This document shows, piece after piece, positions 60,790-64,000 of a stretch of DNA of 64,000 nucleotides. The DNA is taken from NCBI GenBank assembly GCA_001805445.1, contig MHGF01000038.1:4912-68911 (forward strand), read 5' to 3'. The stretch is from Omnitrophica WOR_2 bacterium GWF2_43_52. GTDB taxonomy: Bacteria; Omnitrophota; Gorgyraeia; Gygaellales; UBA12090. A program made the position numbers and the translations under genes. Each line of letters opens with the position of its first letter. Position 1 is the first letter of the stretch. The notes under the pieces are model-generated. The model did no database searches, was not told where the DNA came from, and saw only the letters and a program-made list of their open reading frames with translations.

Positions 60790-61170
60790 AGTTTCTGGTA
60801 ATTGAGGGAAAGTGTGTGGGTATATCAGCTATAGTAATTAAAATATACCCTATAGAAGAGGTACTTTCAAGGCTAAAATAGGGGTTTTGGGAAAGCGCTT
60901 TCAGAACCGCAGATTGCACAGATAGGAGGAAAAACGATTGCTTAGCAGACTACGAGGATAAAGTGGAATTTCAGGAAGAGATTTTTAGGGCCTTTAGATG
61001 CGTGGTTTTAACCCGGATTTTACATTAGGTTTTGAGGAAAATGGCCTAAATCTTTGTCAGAACAAGGCTTGCGAGCAAAACGCAGTTATGGCAAAGAGTT
61101 ATAGACATTTTACCAAAATCCTAATGCAAATTCAGGGTTTAAGGCTGTTTTATTTTGGGCAGGGAAAAAT

Positions 61171-62598
61171 CTAAACTTCGAAGTTTTCTTCTTTTATTTT
61201 TTTAAACTCAGACTGATGTTCTAAAAAGAAATTAAGGATGCGGGGGTCAAATTTAGCACTATCTTTTTTTATTATCTCAACCGCTGCTTCGTGGGTAAGG
61301 GCTTTTCGATACGCGCGCTCAGAAACCAGGGCATCGTAATTATCTGCCAGAGCAACAATTCGCGCGGAAAGAGGGATTTCTTCCCCCTTTAAACCGTCAG
61401 GATATCCCTTGCCATCCCAGCGTTCATGATGGGACAACACCACGCTTTCTACCAATCGTAAGTATTGATTACTCCCCTTATCTTTTAAGAGAGGCATCAG
61501 CATCTCAATTCCCCAACGGGGATGCTGCCTCATTATCTGCCACTCGGCCTCGGTCAATTCCCCAGGTTTTAATAAGATCTCGTTTGGCGTCCTCCACTTC
61601 CCTACATCATGAAGCATACTGGCATAACTGACATCAGTAATATATTTTTCATCAATGTAATCCTTGAAAGGCTCTATTTTGCTTAGGCCTTCGCTGATAA
61701 TGCGGGTATACGCGGCGATACGGTGGATATGGCAGGCTGTTTCTACATTCCCTACCTCCTCCGCCCGGAGCGCGAACACCTCCATGATACCCTGATAGAG
61801 CGATTCTCTTTTCTTTTCCGCGTCGCGAATCCTGGTAATATCGATAAACGAGCCCATGATCTGCGGGGTATTCATGTTTTTATATTCGATAAATGAAAGG
61901 AGCACTTGTAAATACACGCCGGTTTTGTCTTTTCGTAATCCCATCAATTCGCCAAACCAGCTCTTTTTTGTTTTTAAAATAGCTAATAATTCATCGAACT
62001 TTTCGGGGGTTGACAGCAAGTCTTTTATGTTCTTCCCCGCTGTTTCTACTTCAGCGTCATAGCCTAAGATATTAAGAAAAGATGGATTCATATACGATAT
62101 TGAGCCATTTAACTCTATGACGCAGACGCCGTTTAAAGCGTTCTTAATCGCCATATCCCGTAAAATTGATTCCTTTTCCAGCGGCAGGGCCTTGCCTATT
62201 CTTTCGTAGTACTCCATTGCGTCGAGTATCGACTTTTCTAAGATCTCAACGCTAATATTACCTTTTACCAAGTAATCGCTGGCCCCTGCCTTCATCATAG
62301 CGACAGCAACATCTTCATTGCCGCTTCCAGTCACAATGATCACCGGGACATTAATGCCTTTTGCCCTTATATGCTGGAGGATTTCCAGGCCCGTGATTTT
62401 GCTATGGACACGGTAATCCAAAATAATAAGCTCTATATTTTGATTCTGGCTTAGGATATAGAGCGATTCTTCAAGGGTTACCACGTGATGCACATCCAAT
62501 TGGATAGACGGCATCTCTTCTCCGAGATGTTTCAGGACCGCGACTGAAAATGGATCATCATCAATCACCAAGGTCTTAATGGTTTTTTTCTCTGCCAT
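61171..62598 (-). CDS. REC-PAS-HD-GYP c-di-GMP phosphodiesterase / response regulator
   Basis: LVIDDD, LDY, GASDYLVK; PAS domain; LHDVGK, HHERWDGKGYP. Confidence 0.9.
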   Translation of the reverse strand: MAEKKTIKTLVIDDDPFSVAVLKHLGEEMPSIQLDVHHVVTLEESLYILSQNQNIELIILDYRVHSKITGLEILQHIRAKGINVPVIIVTGSGNEDVAVAMMKAGASDYLVKGNISVEILEKSILDAMEYYERIGKALPLEKESILRDMAIKNALNGVCVIELNGSISYMNPSFLNILGYDAEVETAGKNIKDLLSTPEKFDELLAILKTKKSWFGELMGLRKDKTGVYLQVLLSFIEYKNMNTPQIMGSFIDITRIRDAEKKRESLYQGIMEVFALRAEEVGNVETACHIHRIAAYTRIISEGLSKIEPFKDYIDEKYITDVSYASMLHDVGKWRTPNEILLKPGELTEAEWQIMRQHPRWGIEMLMPLLKDKGSNQYLRLVESVVLSHHERWDGKGYPDGLKGEEIPLSARIVALADNYDALVSERAYRKALTHEAAVEIIKKDSAKFDPRILNFFLEHQSEFKKIKEENFEV

Positions 62599-62685
62599 AT
62601 TTTTCCTTTCTTAAAAAGGCAGTATACTATAATAAAAGCCGCTTTTCAAATAAAATTATCATTTTTACGGTTTTCTAAAAACAAA

Positions 62686-62710
62686 ATCGCCATCCCAAGA
62701 AGGATGGCGA
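62686..62710 (-). terminator. Rho-independent terminator after nifU copy 2
   Basis: tcgccatcc / ggatggcga stem followed by a T-rich run on the minus strand. Confidence 0.7.
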
Positions 62711-62743
62711 CTTACACATCAGAAACGTATACGTATGAGTGTG

Positions 62744-62965
62744 TTATACAGCTATCACCTTCTTAACTTCCGGAACCGCGTTTTTAATTGCCCGCTCTAC
62801 CCCTTGGGTCATCGTCATTTGAGACATAGGGCAGCCTCCGCAGGCGCCCAGAAGGCGCACTTTGACCGTACCATCTGGTTCAACACTTACCAATTGGATA
62901 TCCCCTCCGTCAGCCTGCAGTGCCGGACGGACATTTTCCAACGCCTTTTCTATTTTGTCTTTCAT
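62744..62965 (-). CDS. NifU/Nfu-family Fe-S scaffold, copy 2
   Basis: VRPALQADGGD..LLGACGGCPMS. Confidence 0.9.
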   Translation of the reverse strand: MKDKIEKALENVRPALQADGGDIQLVSVEPDGTVKVRLLGACGGCPMSQMTMTQGVERAIKNAVPEVKKVIAV

Positions 62966-63621
62966 TTGATTACCTCCTCTTTAAATTTCTCTAACCCCAT
63001 CTTTTCGATAAATATACCTAATCTCTCCGGAGTCTTGCCTTTTTTCTCATAGAAAGCCACTATTTTCTCAACAAGAGTAATTACCTCATCTTCTTTTAGA
63101 TTATCTTTAAACCTTTGGGCAATTCTTGGCTTTGCTCCCGCTGCTCCTCCTACAAACACAGAATACCCCTCCTGCGAAGCCACTATTCCTATATCTTTTA
63201 CCAAAGGCTCAGAGCAGCTCCGGGAACAGCCGGAAACCGAAATAATCATCTTGAAAGGAAGTTTCTTCCCGGAAAACTTTTTATCAAGCGTAAGCCCCAG
63301 GGAAAATGAATCCTGCGCGTTATTATCGCAGATATAGCCGCCGGAACACAGCTTTACCGGCCGCATGGAAAACCCTGCCACGCTATAGGTAGGAAGCCCA
63401 AGTATCTGGCGGCACTCTTTGTTTCTGGCTTCATCTTTCACATTCCCCATGATTATTTCACCCGTTAACTTGAGTTTGCTTTCAGGAAATTTTTCGCAGG
63501 CATCCGCGATCTTACGCAAGTCATCGGGAGTCACCACGCCCCCGGGAAAATGCGGGGCGATATATTTCTTATCTTCCTTATCTATCTTTTGTTCCATTAC
63601 CTTCTTCATGATAAAATTCAT
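62962..63621 (-). CDS. Single-repeat nitrite/sulfite-reductase-like 4Fe-4S protein
   Basis: PGGVVTPDDL, VKLCSGGYIC, LPFKMIISVSGCSRSC, VGG. Confidence 0.8.
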   Translation of the reverse strand: MNFIMKKVMEQKIDKEDKKYIAPHFPGGVVTPDDLRKIADACEKFPESKLKLTGEIIMGNVKDEARNKECRQILGLPTYSVAGFSMRPVKLCSGGYICDNNAQDSFSLGLTLDKKFSGKKLPFKMIISVSGCSRSCSEPLVKDIGIVASQEGYSVFVGGAAGAKPRIAQRFKDNLKEDEVITLVEKIVAFYEKKGKTPERLGIFIEKMGLEKFKEEVIK

Positions 63622-63650
63622 TGGAACACTCCTATGTTAATTATCAATTC

Positions 63651-63887
63651 CTATCCTTTCTTCTTTATCTGCACAATCCAGTCCTTAGGGCCTTGCTGCT
63701 CATAATTCCATTCATATTTTCCCTTATACTCTACTTCAAACTGATACCACAAAGGCTTCGGGTCATGGTCATTGATGATCTTTAAGGCCTCACCCGGCTT
63801 TAAGGTATCCCATGTCTGAAATATCTTCTCATGCCTTTGAAACGGCGGCATCGGCCGCAAATCCAACACCTCAACCTTTTCTGCCAT
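63651..63887 (-). CDS. DUF2249 protein
   Basis: LDLRPMPPFQRH..IF...INDHDPKPL.YQ...GPKDW. Confidence 0.85.
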   Translation of the reverse strand: MAEKVEVLDLRPMPPFQRHEKIFQTWDTLKPGEALKIINDHDPKPLWYQFEVEYKGKYEWNYEQQGPKDWIVQIKKKG

Positions 63888-64000
63888 AACGCTTCCCTCC
63901 TCTTTATCGAAGTTTATGAACTCTACCTTTTTATCAAGAATACAGCCTTTTATTCCGGGCCGGCAATCCCGCTTCAGCTTTTTGCATAAACCTTTAACCT

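Noticed and set aside
31413-62965. Two nifU copies as boundaries of a large duplication or island
   Set aside because: They are diverged paralogues and their flanking sequences are not shared
63870-64000. 3' end of a small Cys-containing ORF at the window edge (..LCKKLKRDCRPGIKGCIL..)
   Set aside because: Too little sequence to call

Overview
Bacterial chromosomal window. The gene content and the giant GGID-motif protein suggest Candidatus Omnitrophota, which is an inference. Nearly all genes lie on the minus strand. In transcription order (right to left) it holds: a DUF2249 / sulfite-reductase-like / NifU block; a REC-PAS-HD-GYP regulator; a 2012-aa secreted repeat protein; a PerR/Fur oxidative-stress operon; a PEGA + GT2 pair; an Rrf2-led sulfur-assimilation operon with sulfur-carrier proteins (APS reductase, ABC transporter, JAMM protease, hemB, hemL, ThiS-CysK fusion, sulfite reductase-TusA fusion, ThrC-like enzyme, tailed MoaD, MoeB, NIL); housekeeping genes; a small accessory/defence patch (MNT-HEPN, NucS-EVE, ORF6N); tal and azoR; two CheC paralogues; and a CsoR-led Cus-type efflux / ion-transport operon. 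The most striking observation is at 53.6-54.7 kb. The only clear plus-strand genes, a promoter-antitoxin-RelE cassette, sit antisense inside a degenerate intein/Hint domain at the position normally used by a homing endonuclease, and the intein frame stays open for about 300 codons across the whole cassette. The window is also full of palindromic and short tandem repeats, several inserted in frame in proteins. No rRNA, tRNA or CRISPR array was recognised.
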